This document shows, one piece after another, positions 18,969-29,025 of a DNA stretch of 64,000 nt (its first letter is position 1; every line of letters begins with the position of its first letter). Location of the stretch: positions 128,001-192,000 of the forward strand of contig JAPLVR010000003.1 of the NCBI GenBank assembly GCA_026397015.1, given 5' to 3'. The notes beneath the pieces are model-generated. The model saw nothing but the letters and a program-made list of their open reading frames with translations, had not been told where the DNA came from and searched no databases. The stretch is from Candidatus Iainarchaeum sp. (GTDB lineage Archaea; Iainarchaeota; Iainarchaeia; Iainarchaeales; JAAZKV01). Made by a program: the position numbers and the translations under genes.

Positions 18969-19865
18969 ATGGAAGAGGAAGAACTGAAAGCGTACAAAAA
19001 ATCCGCCTTCGCGTGGAAAAAAGCGATTTCATTTGCGAGAAAAAAAGCGAAAGAAGGAAAGCTACTGCTTAAGTTGGCGGAAGAAATCGAAAAATTAATT
19101 AAGGCGGAGGGGGCGGAGCCGGCTTTTCCTGTAAATCTGAGCAGGAACGAGGAAGCCGCGCATTTTACTCCGAAATGGAATGACGCTGAAATTTTGAAGG
19201 AAAGCGATTTGCTTTCAATCGACATTGGAACAAGCGTCGAAGGGTTCATCTGCGACGGCGCAATTTCAATAAATCTGGACAACAAATACGCAAAACAGAT
19301 TGGGGCAACGGAACTCGCACTTGAAAACGGGATAAGCAAAATCGGTTTTGGAAAAAGTGTTGATGATGTTGGAAAAGAAATTGAGCGAACGCTGAAAGAA
19401 AAAGGGCTTAATCCTGTTTACAATCTCGGCGGGCACGGCCTCGCGCAATACGACATTCATGGGGAACCAAGCGTGCCAAACCACTCAAGCGGAAACGAAG
19501 CGAAATTTGAAGAAGGAGTTATCGCAATCGAACCTTTCTCATCAACGGGGGATGGATTCGTGGGCGAAACTCCTGCGGTGGAAATTTTTGCGGAGCTGGA
19601 AGGCGCGAAAACGAGAAACATCTATGCGAGAAAACTACTTGAATTTGTGAAAAAGTATGAGGGATTGCCGTTCGCGGAACGCTGGATAAGAAAAGAAAGC
19701 AGGCTGAACGAATTTCAGGCAAGCGTCGGATTAAGGGATTTGATGAAAAATGGCTGCTTTGAAACATTCCCGGGATTAAAAGAAGCAAAGGGCGGAATCA
19801 TTGCACAGGCGGAGAAAACGGTAATCGTGCTTGAAGGGGAAGCAATTGTTCTCGGAGAAAAGTGA
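18969..19865 (+). CDS. map: Type II methionine aminopeptidase
   Basis: AFPVNLS.N..AAH, IDIG, DGA, GGHG, IEPF, AQAEKT; start MEEEE at 18969. Confidence 0.95.
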   Translation: MEEEELKAYKKSAFAWKKAISFARKKAKEGKLLLKLAEEIEKLIKAEGAEPAFPVNLSRNEEAAHFTPKWNDAEILKESDLLSIDIGTSVEGFICDGAISINLDNKYAKQIGATELALENGISKIGFGKSVDDVGKEIERTLKEKGLNPVYNLGGHGLAQYDIHGEPSVPNHSSGNEAKFEEGVIAIEPFSSTGDGFVGETPAVEIFAELEGAKTRNIYARKLLEFVKKYEGLPFAERWIRKESRLNEFQASVGLRDLMKNGCFETFPGLKEAKGGIIAQAEKTVIVLEGEAIVLGEK

Positions 19866-19884
19866 CAAAACTATTGTTTTACCA

Positions 19885-20080
19885 CAACTTTTTCGCCAAT
19901 TTTTTTGTCAGTTTTTTCCCAAAAGGTCATTCCCCACAAGTTTTTGCCAACCTTTTCCCAAAAAGCTCTGCAAAGCCTTTTCGCCAGCAATTTTTCGCCA
20001 GCCTTTTTAATAAAAAGGCTGTGCCAAGGGCTTTTTTTCGCCGGTCGTTTTTCGCCGGCCTTTTTAGGAAAAAGGCCGAG
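19885..20080. repeat. Cluster of degenerate and intact TTTTCGCC/hairpin repeats
   Basis: Multiple tttttcgcc units; hairpins agcctttttaataaaaaggct and ggcctttttaggaaaaaggcc. Confidence 0.8.
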
Positions 20081-20161
20081 AGGAAGATTTATTAAAAGAG
20101 AAAGCGGTTATTTTATCGCTTCTATATGTAGTGGCATTAACAGTGTTTCCGGTGCGGTTGA

Positions 20162-23100
20162 ATGGGAATTTACTCTGGTTTGGAGGGCAAATGGTACGAT
20201 ACTGTTGACAGCCTCGGCTTGGGCGGCATAATAGACAAAATTGATTCCATTGTACCGAGTTTTATGCTTTTCATCGGAATAATTTTAATTCTCGTAATTT
20301 TTTTAATAACCACTCTCATCACTTCCGGACCGCGAAATTTTGACGCAGAAATACTTGTAACTTCAAGCGACGGTGGAAAACCGATAGGCGGGGCTGAAAT
20401 AACTCTTAGCGCAGAATGCCTTGAAAAACAAGGACTGACTAACAGCGGAAGTACGGATAATGAGGGAAAACTCACATTGACAATCTGCAACTCGGATTTA
20501 TTTTCAGTAAGCGTTGCAAAAACTGGGTACCAAACTTATTCTGATAAAATCGCAATAATGGAAAGCACCCAAGTTCCGATAACGCTTGAAGAAACGATAA
20601 CACCGAAAGAATTCAACGCAAGAATCGTCGATGAATCCGATAAAATAATAAAGAACGCAAAGTTGCAGATGATTTGCGTTAATGACCCTAAAAACAAACT
20701 TGATTTGCCCGAAAAGGCAGGCGGAACACAGCCCGCCGACGGATTCACTTTCACACTAATATCAAATTGCAGCGAGATACAGTTGAATGCGAGCGCACAG
20801 GGATACATTGACGAAAAGGGAAAGGAAGTTTCGACAAAAACTGTTTCGCAGAGCGACGAACGATGGGCTTTCAAAATGAAGAAGAACGTTGCAACCGGAA
20901 ACGTTACTTTTGAAGTGCAAATGGACAATGAGCCCGCGGAAGGGGTCGACATTACACTTTCAACCGAAGAAAGATCGGCGATAAAAATGATTACTGATGA
21001 AAGCGGCGCGGCAACGACTTCACAGCCGATTCAGGCCGGCGATTACAGCTATGTTGCGATAGCAAAAAACGGCGCAGTAGACAGCAATTCTTTCACGCTC
21101 GGCGCAAATGAAAACAAAACAATAAAAATTTTCATGAAAAAGCCAAAGGACAAAAGCAAAATAAAACAGCTTTACCTGAAAATAAGCGATGAGGCGGGAA
21201 ACGCGGTTTCCAGCGCGAAATACTCTCTCTTCAAAATGCCGGACGGAAACCTTTTCATCGAAGAAAATTCAAACGCGAACGGGCTGGTGCAGCGGACAAT
21301 TCCGGACGGAAATTATTTCGTTGCCGTGAAAAAAATAGGCTACCAAACTGCAATTGTGGAGGTTGCGCTGAAAAATGATGGCGAAGAGCCACAACAGATT
21401 CTTTTGAGCCAGGGCGGCGCCACAATAAAAACACACGTCATCGACGAAACAAAGGCGGGAATAAAAGGCGCGAACATTACACTCAGGATTGCGGGATTCT
21501 CGGGCGTGCTGGAAAAAGTTTTGAGCGACAGCAACGGCACATATGAGTTCAGGGGACTGCCGCCGGGAGATTACACCATAAAAGTTTCAACAGAAAGCGC
21601 ACAGGGCGAAGGAACTGTTTCCGTCGCAACCAACCAGTCAAAAGAAATCACAATTTCTCTTACCATAAGCGAGGGAAAAATTGCTTTCAACTTGTCGGGC
21701 GCGGATGGAACAAAAATAAACGCAAATTACCAGCTCTACGTCAGAAACGGGGCGAGCGGAAACTTTGTGAAACAATCCGAAGGGGTAACGACAAAAAATG
21801 TGTTCGATACTGGAATGCTGAAATACGGCACGGAAGTGAAGGCAATTGTTGGCGGGGGAACATACATTCCCTACGAGACAATGGTTTACAAGATTCAAAA
21901 GACGACTGCGACTTCGCCTGTAAATATTTTTATCGAATTAAGGACTTTGAGCGGCCTGCCGAACCCAAACAATGTGCAAATGTTCCTGACGGACATTTAT
22001 GAAACAAGCCCGCTGGCTGGCGGAAAGTCAAAGCCGGCAAGCGTCGACAAAATACTTGCGGGAAAAAATTACCATATGCTTTTTGATTTGGTTCTGTTGG
22101 ACGGAAATGACACTACAACAATCACAAACTTTTTTGTCGGGCCGAAAGACCAGGCGGGGCTCCTCACAAAAAACCCTTTCATAATAAACGGCGCGTATTC
22201 AATTGAGGGGGCAGTAACTGTTTTATCAAACGTTCACGAGGCTTTCGAAATTCCAAACAACCAAAATATTGTTGACACGGGGGCGAAACAGGGGAATGTG
22301 CTGCTGGGCAAAAAAAGCGGTCCGATTACGATTCCTGTTGTTTTAGTTGTGCAGACAGATTTGAATGCAGAGGGGAAAGAAAAAATATTTTACGAAGCAA
22401 AATTCGGAGACCGGCAAAGCCTCCAATACTCAAAAGAATTTGAATTCGGGAAAAAGTTTTGCACCAAAAACTGCCCGGCTTTTTTGATTTCAAGCTATCT
22501 CAAAACAGGGGGCGGAAATTATGAGCCGATAAGCGACTCGAACAAACCGATCCTTTACATCGGGGAGAGCTACAAATTGAAAACGATTGTCGAAAATTTA
22601 TTGGAAGAGGATATAGGCACGCCGAACTTAATAGTCGAAAGCAAAACAAAAACAGGCAACGAATATGCAATAGTATTCCCGGTTGGGGGCGACTCAAACT
22701 CGGATTCAAATGCGGCAGTTGCCTCGATTACGCTTGCGCCGCTTTCAACTTCCACGCCCGCCGAATTCAATGTAAAACCCAATAAAACTTCGAGTTCGGC
22801 AAAGGTTGATGAATATCTGAGCAAACTTGTTGACGGAGTAAATGCGCTGAAAAAATATGATGGAAGCAGCGTTTCAATGAGCGTTCAGGTGAAAGAGAAA
22901 AGCGGAATCGAAATTTCGATAAGCCCCGAAAGAATTGATTCGGGGGAAGAGTATCCTCTCTTTGTAGTCAAGGCAAAAGGAACGACAACAAAGAAGGGAG
23001 TTCCGGCGAGCATTTATTATTCGGTTGAGGGCGGCGGCATGATTTACATGGGAACGGCCGATGAGAACGGGCTGCTGATAAGCGAGTTCAGCGCGGTAAA

Positions 23101-26100
23101 TTTGGGCGCGAACACGAAAGTGCTTTTCACCGCGGAAAAATCTGGAATGGTTTCTGGAACAAAAGAAATAATTATAAGCGCACCTTATTCCCCAATTCCG
23201 GGTGAACCGGTAGAGCCGGAGTGCCTTGCGATAAGCGCGGACGCAAACAAGGCGCTGAACATAAGCATCAACGGAACGGGAACATTCGGTTTAACTTCAA
23301 CATGCACGGAAGCGCGGAGAATTTATCTTCAGACTGATTTGCCGGTGAGCAAAAAAATAGTCGACCTTGCGCCCGGAGGAAGCGAAACAATAAAGGTAAC
23401 TGCGGCGCCGCGCGACGGACTGCTCGGGATTTATCCCGTACAAGTGTTGGCAATAAAGGGGGCCAAATACAGGCAGCTCGGAATAGTGGATGTTGTGATA
23501 AACGATCCGAATTCCTGCTTCGAGATTTCCAAAACGGCTTTTGATTTCAAAAATGAGGATACCGTTTCAGGAACGATAACAAACAAATGTTTTGCGGGAA
23601 GAAAAGACAATTTTAATCCGCAGATGAATGTTCAGACGAACAGCGTTTCGCTCGAATATGACAAGCCGGGAATACCTGAAAAAATCACTTCAAAAGTGAG
23701 TGTCATGGGAATGGCGCCCGAAGGTTATTTTAGCGGACTTATGAAATCAAATATTCATTTCGCCGCGGACATTGAGTGCGAAGGGGCAATTGATATTCCT
23801 GAAACACCTGAAGCTGCGCTGGAAGGGCCGATGGAAGAAGCTGCGGGCACATGCGAAGGACAGGCGCAAAAAATGAATGAGTTGAGAAATAAGAAGACAC
23901 CAAAACCCGAACCAGATTTGAACGAAACAAAAGTCACACCTGACAAGGTTTTGCAGCCTTCAGAAGTAAAATCAATCACCGGCCCAGCTTCGGAAATAAT
24001 CCCATCGACCCCTGCAGCTGCAAAAACAAGTTCGGGAGGATTTGCCCCGCCAAGCGAAATCTCGAAAATCAAAAAATTAAGTTTCCAGGAAGAGGGAGGA
24101 GATGGCGAGGGAGAAGGAGAAGGGATGCCTTCAGAAGAAGGGGAGGGAGGAGCGCCTACCGAGGGAGAAGGGCCTCCTGAAGGATCGGAAAGCTGCGCTG
24201 TTATTCCAAGCGGAAGCACGGTTGATTACATTTATTCATGGTATACTGACCCTTACTGCGGCGGAGGATACGGTGCGTTCCGCCCGAAAGAACCGGATGG
24301 AGATGAATTTGGTTCCGGCCCATGGTGGAAATTAAGGGGGGAAGGGATAGAAGGATCAACAGCGGTATATGAAGTTTTGGAGGCAGGTGGCCCAGATACA
24401 ACACATGAAGTAGCCATAGCAGAGAGATTCGGAGAAGGCGGTGCTGGAATGTACTACCAATTATTGGTTCAAAGCGAAGGATCCGGAGGGTGGGGGAGCA
24501 GCTTCTGTCATGGCGCGTACTTAAAAATACAAAACGACTGGTTCTCAATGTATGAAAATATTTCCGGAAGATACAATACTGTAACAAAAGAATTCACTCT
24601 TGTTCCGATTGAAGGAAAGGCATATCCTTTGGGGTCGTATAGCGAGGCGACGCCAATGCCTGCATGGATGGGGGACATGAAACCTTATGAGCATTCACAA
24701 GGGGATTCATGGACACTCAGCGAAAACGCCGGCAGTTCGCTTTACACCCTCGTCTGCGGATTTGGTGAAGGATTCTTAGACCCGGAATATGCCGCCAGCG
24801 TAACAAAGTCGGATGCGGATAAAACACCAAACATTCTTACAAGAGTTTGGTTTGTGTTTGATGCAAATCATCCTCACGTTGAATTTGATTCATCCGGAAA
24901 AATACAATATTTCCTTTACACCGAAGAAATGATGAAATATGGGGAAGCATATATTAAAAGCCTTGTAAATTACAACGGGATTCCTCCGGAGCCGGACAAA
25001 GACGGCTTGAGGTACTTCCTCAAAAATCACCAAATATGGGCGGAGTATGTTGGAAAGCCGACCATTGCAAGCAACGTAATCAATTTTTCACTCACAAACA
25101 ACAATCTGCTCGGAGATGAATACTCTATTCTCACTGTGAAGGACTGGATAAACGGAACGGAAAAAGAAAAGAAGGCGTTCCAAATAAAACTTTCAGGAAA
25201 CCCTTCGAGCTGTTATTCGAGCGACGGCACAATCGGCGCAACGGGAAAAGGATTTTCGCCAAAACTTTTATTTGACTGGGATTGGGCGAATATTCCTGAA
25301 AACCAATGCGATTCTTCAAATGAAGATTACACCTATTGCGACGGAACGCAATTTACAACAGCGCTCTTCAAAAAACTTTACAAGATAGACGAGTACACTA
25401 CAAAAGGAAAAATCGAGGAGCTGCCGACAATAACGGCGTTCTATTCATACCTAATAAAGGACAACTACACAAAAGAATTCTTGGGCGATTTCAGCGAATA
25501 CTATTCGAACACGCTCGCAAACGCGGACACGAAATTTACCGGCACTTACAACAAGTTCATAACACAAAACAAAATAAAATTCACACTTGACGACAGCGGC
25601 GGACCGGGCAGCGCCTGTGAAGAAAGCGCAACCGGAATTCCCGAAACAATAAATATTCTGCCAGGAAGCCCCGCCACACAATTTTTCGCCCTGCCAAACG
25701 AAGTAAGCCACGCGAACATCGTAAAATTCAAGGCAACGGACAACGAAAAGTGCGCAACAGCAGAAATAAGGCTCGGGGGAAGCGGCGAATGGATTGATTT
25801 GGGCGATGTTGGAACGCCTGCGGCTGAAAAAGAATTCAACTTGGGAAAAGACTACGGGCCAGTAAGGGCAGTAGAAGTGAGGGTAAAGGAAAAAGAAAGC
25901 GAGCCGTCCTGCGGAACGGAAAGCGTTGCAATTGAATCAATAAAGGTCGGAGGAAACTGTGCAAGCGGCGGACAGGAAGGAGGCAATCTTCCAAGCGGCG
26001 GCCTTTACAGAATAACAATCGATTACAATTTGCTGGACCCGAGTTTGAGAAGCCTGCTTGATAAGGGCGAGCCGAACGCATCAATAAATGTGAAATTCAA

Positions 26101-26947
26101 ATTAATCCAGCCCGCGCCGAACTACAATCCGTTCTATGAAACGCCGTTTGACGGGGAAGTCGGAAAAAAGAACGACCAATTTGTGAGGCACAACTACGGG
26201 GTAAGCGTGGACAGCCCCGGCACGGAAACCCTGAAATTGAATTCGAATGTGAGTTCGGCAAAATACTCCGGAGCGATGGACACAATAACACATACAACCA
26301 CAAAAGACCTTGCAAAGCTTGACAAGCAAATAATCCTTACTTACAACAAAGAAAAGAAAACACTTGAATTTAATCCAGCACAGCCAACCCCGGTAATATT
26401 TGAAATAAAAGCCGATGCCGACAGGGTAGATGCGCAATACACGCTGAGCGGAAGCATAAGCGGAACGCTGCCTTCAAAAAAATGGAGAATGGTTTATTCC
26501 AACATAGGGAAGAAAGAATGCTACGACTTTTCAGACCAGCACAAAGTGGTTTTCAACGACAGGGAAATTGCGCCGAACAAAAGGGGGCTGGCATGGGATG
26601 TCAGGAAAAAAGGGACAATCGGACTCGGAACGACCTTCTTTACGCCGAAAGCAACCGACATAAGAATAGCGCCTATTCCGGGAAGAGGGGGAAAAATAAT
26701 AGGGTTTGAACAGCTAACAAATGCGGATGCAATAACACTGAATTACTTTGATGCGGCGGCTACAACAGAATATGATTCGCTGGAAAAGCTGTTCAAAATG
26801 ATTGACAACAAACAGGTTTGCGTTTCAACCGGCTCAAGCTCCGAAGTGAAAATATGGTGGAACCCCGAATACCTTGACGGACTGGCTTCGCAAATCAACG
26901 CCGGCACAGGATACACATGCAACCAAGAACAAGCCGGTGCAAAATAA
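20162..26947 (+). CDS. Giant membrane-anchored putative surface protein (paralog B) with carboxypeptidase-regulatory/Ig-like repeats
   Basis: 2261 aa; N-terminal TM (FMLFIGIILILVIFLI); repeated ..GA.I.L....TD..G....L..G.Y units; shared C-terminal scaffold. Confidence 0.88.
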   Translation: MGIYSGLEGKWYDTVDSLGLGGIIDKIDSIVPSFMLFIGIILILVIFLITTLITSGPRNFDAEILVTSSDGGKPIGGAEITLSAECLEKQGLTNSGSTDNEGKLTLTICNSDLFSVSVAKTGYQTYSDKIAIMESTQVPITLEETITPKEFNARIVDESDKIIKNAKLQMICVNDPKNKLDLPEKAGGTQPADGFTFTLISNCSEIQLNASAQGYIDEKGKEVSTKTVSQSDERWAFKMKKNVATGNVTFEVQMDNEPAEGVDITLSTEERSAIKMITDESGAATTSQPIQAGDYSYVAIAKNGAVDSNSFTLGANENKTIKIFMKKPKDKSKIKQLYLKISDEAGNAVSSAKYSLFKMPDGNLFIEENSNANGLVQRTIPDGNYFVAVKKIGYQTAIVEVALKNDGEEPQQILLSQGGATIKTHVIDETKAGIKGANITLRIAGFSGVLEKVLSDSNGTYEFRGLPPGDYTIKVSTESAQGEGTVSVATNQSKEITISLTISEGKIAFNLSGADGTKINANYQLYVRNGASGNFVKQSEGVTTKNVFDTGMLKYGTEVKAIVGGGTYIPYETMVYKIQKTTATSPVNIFIELRTLSGLPNPNNVQMFLTDIYETSPLAGGKSKPASVDKILAGKNYHMLFDLVLLDGNDTTTITNFFVGPKDQAGLLTKNPFIINGAYSIEGAVTVLSNVHEAFEIPNNQNIVDTGAKQGNVLLGKKSGPITIPVVLVVQTDLNAEGKEKIFYEAKFGDRQSLQYSKEFEFGKKFCTKNCPAFLISSYLKTGGGNYEPISDSNKPILYIGESYKLKTIVENLLEEDIGTPNLIVESKTKTGNEYAIVFPVGGDSNSDSNAAVASITLAPLSTSTPAEFNVKPNKTSSSAKVDEYLSKLVDGVNALKKYDGSSVSMSVQVKEKSGIEISISPERIDSGEEYPLFVVKAKGTTTKKGVPASIYYSVEGGGMIYMGTADENGLLISEFSAVNLGANTKVLFTAEKSGMVSGTKEIIISAPYSPIPGEPVEPECLAISADANKALNISINGTGTFGLTSTCTEARRIYLQTDLPVSKKIVDLAPGGSETIKVTAAPRDGLLGIYPVQVLAIKGAKYRQLGIVDVVINDPNSCFEISKTAFDFKNEDTVSGTITNKCFAGRKDNFNPQMNVQTNSVSLEYDKPGIPEKITSKVSVMGMAPEGYFSGLMKSNIHFAADIECEGAIDIPETPEAALEGPMEEAAGTCEGQAQKMNELRNKKTPKPEPDLNETKVTPDKVLQPSEVKSITGPASEIIPSTPAAAKTSSGGFAPPSEISKIKKLSFQEEGGDGEGEGEGMPSEEGEGGAPTEGEGPPEGSESCAVIPSGSTVDYIYSWYTDPYCGGGYGAFRPKEPDGDEFGSGPWWKLRGEGIEGSTAVYEVLEAGGPDTTHEVAIAERFGEGGAGMYYQLLVQSEGSGGWGSSFCHGAYLKIQNDWFSMYENISGRYNTVTKEFTLVPIEGKAYPLGSYSEATPMPAWMGDMKPYEHSQGDSWTLSENAGSSLYTLVCGFGEGFLDPEYAASVTKSDADKTPNILTRVWFVFDANHPHVEFDSSGKIQYFLYTEEMMKYGEAYIKSLVNYNGIPPEPDKDGLRYFLKNHQIWAEYVGKPTIASNVINFSLTNNNLLGDEYSILTVKDWINGTEKEKKAFQIKLSGNPSSCYSSDGTIGATGKGFSPKLLFDWDWANIPENQCDSSNEDYTYCDGTQFTTALFKKLYKIDEYTTKGKIEELPTITAFYSYLIKDNYTKEFLGDFSEYYSNTLANADTKFTGTYNKFITQNKIKFTLDDSGGPGSACEESATGIPETINILPGSPATQFFALPNEVSHANIVKFKATDNEKCATAEIRLGGSGEWIDLGDVGTPAAEKEFNLGKDYGPVRAVEVRVKEKESEPSCGTESVAIESIKVGGNCASGGQEGGNLPSGGLYRITIDYNLLDPSLRSLLDKGEPNASINVKFKLIQPAPNYNPFYETPFDGEVGKKNDQFVRHNYGVSVDSPGTETLKLNSNVSSAKYSGAMDTITHTTTKDLAKLDKQIILTYNKEKKTLEFNPAQPTPVIFEIKADADRVDAQYTLSGSISGTLPSKKWRMVYSNIGKKECYDFSDQHKVVFNDREIAPNKRGLAWDVRKKGTIGLGTTFFTPKATDIRIAPIPGRGGKIIGFEQLTNADAITLNYFDAAATTEYDSLEKLFKMIDNKQVCVSTGSSSEVKIWWNPEYLDGLASQINAGTGYTCNQEQAGAK

Positions 26948-27024
26948 GACAGGCACTTTTTTACGGCACTGCCCTGGAAACCTTTAAAATAGCAAATCAA
27001 CACAAAAAATGCTGAAGAGCATTT

Positions 27025-27096
27025 GCTCCTATGGTGTAGTGGATAGCATATCAGCTTGCGGAGCTGGCGGCCCGTGTTCGACTCACGGTAGGAGCG
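27025..27096 (+). tRNA. tRNA-Arg(GCG)
   Basis: GCTCCTA/TAGGAGC, TCAGC-TTGCGGA-GCTGG, GTTCGACTC. Confidence 0.93.
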
Positions 27097-27256
27097 TGGC
27101 CTTTTTAATAAAAAGGCCAGCGAAAAAAATATTAGCAAAAAAGTCTATCTTCACTGAAGCCTTTAATAAAGGCTTGCGAAAAATGCGACCTTCGGTCGCG
27201 TGCTCGATAGACTAAGCTTCGCAACAGCCTTTTTAAAAAAAAGACTGGCGAAAAAA
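27097..27256 (-). repeat. Structured repeat abutting the tRNA-Arg 3' end
   Basis: ggcctttttaataaaaaggccagcgaaaa; gtctatcttcac...gtgctcgatagac at 27143..27212. Confidence 0.8.
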
Positions 27257-27322
27257 TTAAAGGAAAACAATTAATGAAAAACAAGCACAATTAAAAACAT
27301 TAAAGGGAAAATATAGTTATCT

Positions 27323-27394
27323 GGCTGCGGTAGTCTATCGGTAGGACTCAGGGTTGTGGTCCCTGCGGGCTGGGTTCGACTCCCAGCCGCGGCC
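27323..27394 (+). tRNA. tRNA-His(GTG) with encoded G-1
   Basis: G-GCTGCGG/CCGCGGC-C, CAGGG-TTGTGGT-CCCTG, GGTTCGACTCC. Confidence 0.93.
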
Positions 27395-27431
27395 CTTAAA
27401 AAAAGTGTTGAGAATTAATTAAAGTGGTTTT

Positions 27432-28865
27432 ATGGAATTCCAAACAGTAAGAGGAATGAGGGATTTGATTGGGGAGGATGCGCTGCTCCAGCAAAGGATA
27501 GAGGACACTATCAGAAATGTTGCGGAGAAATACGGATACGCGCCGCTCTACACTCCTGCAGTGGAAAGTTTTGATTTATTTAAGGCAAAGGGAGGCCTTG
27601 GCGAAGAGATAAGAAACGAAATTTACTGCTTCAAGGATAAGGGCGAAAGGGAACTTGCGCTGCGCTTCGAGCTTACCGCTTCGCTTGCAAGAATAGCTGC
27701 AAGAAGCCAGCTGAAAATGCCTTTCAAAAGATACCAGATAGGGGAGGTTTACAGATACGACAGGCCGCAGGCGAAAAGATACAGGGCATTCACACAAGCG
27801 GACATCGATATCTTAGGGGTAAAGGGATTGAAAGCGGAACTGGAATTAATGCTAATAATAAGGGATATTTTTTCACAGCTGAATTTGAAGCCGAAAGTTG
27901 TTTTCAACAGCAGAAATTTGCTCCAGGAATTGCTTTCAATCTTCGGAAAAGGAAAAGAAGTCGAAGCGATGCGCATAATCGACAAAATGGAAAAAATCGG
28001 CGCCGAGGAAGTTAAGAAGGAACTGAAAAACATAGGAGTTTATGAAAAAATCGTTGACCTGATAAAATCAAACTCGATAGAAGAGGTTTCAAAAATAGGG
28101 GGCATGGGAAGCAGCACCGGACTGAAAGAAGTAAATGATTTCATTGAAATAATAAACGCAAACGGGCTTGATTTTGTGGAGCTCGATTTATCGCTCGCGA
28201 GAGGCTTGGATTATTATACGGGACTTGTTTTTGAGATAAAGGCAGGGGAAGGTCCCTCAATCGGCGGAGGCGGCCGATTTGACAAGCTAATCGAGGCATA
28301 CGGCGGCAATCCGACGCCGGCGGTTGGAATAGGGTTTGGAGTGAGCAGAATACTTGATTTCATGAAAGAAAAGGGTGAAAAAACCGAAGCCAAAGGCATC
28401 TTTTTGTTCGGTTTGGGGGTGCCATATGGCAAAGTCCTTTCTGTGGCACAAACCCTGAGGAACAGGGGAATAAACGTCGAAAACGACCTCTCTGAAAAAA
28501 GCATCTCGAAAAATCTTGAATGCGCACAGAAAAAAAGATATTCATTTGCGGGAATAATAGGAGAAAGGGAATTGAAAAAAAATGTAATTACACTGAAGAA
28601 CATTAATAACGGAAAACAAATATTGGTTTCGGTGGAAAAGGTTGAGGACATAAAAAAATTTATGAGTGAAACCTCAAAAATAAAGATGGAACCGAAAAAA
28701 CAGGATCAGAAAAAAATAATCGGAAGCGGGATAGCGAAAAAGGCCCAAGAAGTCGGCAAAGTATTCCAAAAAATCGGCGAAAAAAAGTTCATCCAAATCA
28801 GGAAAAACCCTCCTGAAGCGGCACTGCAAAAACAGGAAGCGCAAAAAAGCACCGAGAAAAAATAA
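27432..28865 (+). CDS. hisS: Histidine--tRNA ligase
   Basis: VRGMRD, LALRFELT, VYRYDRPQ, RGLDYYTG, GGGRFD; Lys-rich C-terminal extension. Confidence 0.96.
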   Translation: MEFQTVRGMRDLIGEDALLQQRIEDTIRNVAEKYGYAPLYTPAVESFDLFKAKGGLGEEIRNEIYCFKDKGERELALRFELTASLARIAARSQLKMPFKRYQIGEVYRYDRPQAKRYRAFTQADIDILGVKGLKAELELMLIIRDIFSQLNLKPKVVFNSRNLLQELLSIFGKGKEVEAMRIIDKMEKIGAEEVKKELKNIGVYEKIVDLIKSNSIEEVSKIGGMGSSTGLKEVNDFIEIINANGLDFVELDLSLARGLDYYTGLVFEIKAGEGPSIGGGGRFDKLIEAYGGNPTPAVGIGFGVSRILDFMKEKGEKTEAKGIFLFGLGVPYGKVLSVAQTLRNRGINVENDLSEKSISKNLECAQKKRYSFAGIIGERELKKNVITLKNINNGKQILVSVEKVEDIKKFMSETSKIKMEPKKQDQKKIIGSGIAKKAQEVGKVFQKIGEKKFIQIRKNPPEAALQKQEAQKSTEKK

Positions 28866-28871
28866 AAAAAT

Positions 28872-28945
28872 GCTCCAGTAGCACAGCCAGTGGTTGCACG
28901 TCATTGGTAATGACGAGGTCGCGAGTGCAAATCTCGCCTGGAGCT
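28872..28945 (+). tRNA. tRNA-Thr(GGT), atypical D- and T-loops
   Basis: GCTCCAG/CTGGAGC-T, CGTCA-TTGGTAA-TGACG; T-loop TGCAAAT. Confidence 0.9.
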
Positions 28946-29025
28946 TCAACCAAAACCTCAAACTGCTACATAAGCGGCGCATAGGAGGTTTTTTATTTTG
29001 CAAAAGAATTAGTGTGTTGGTATAA

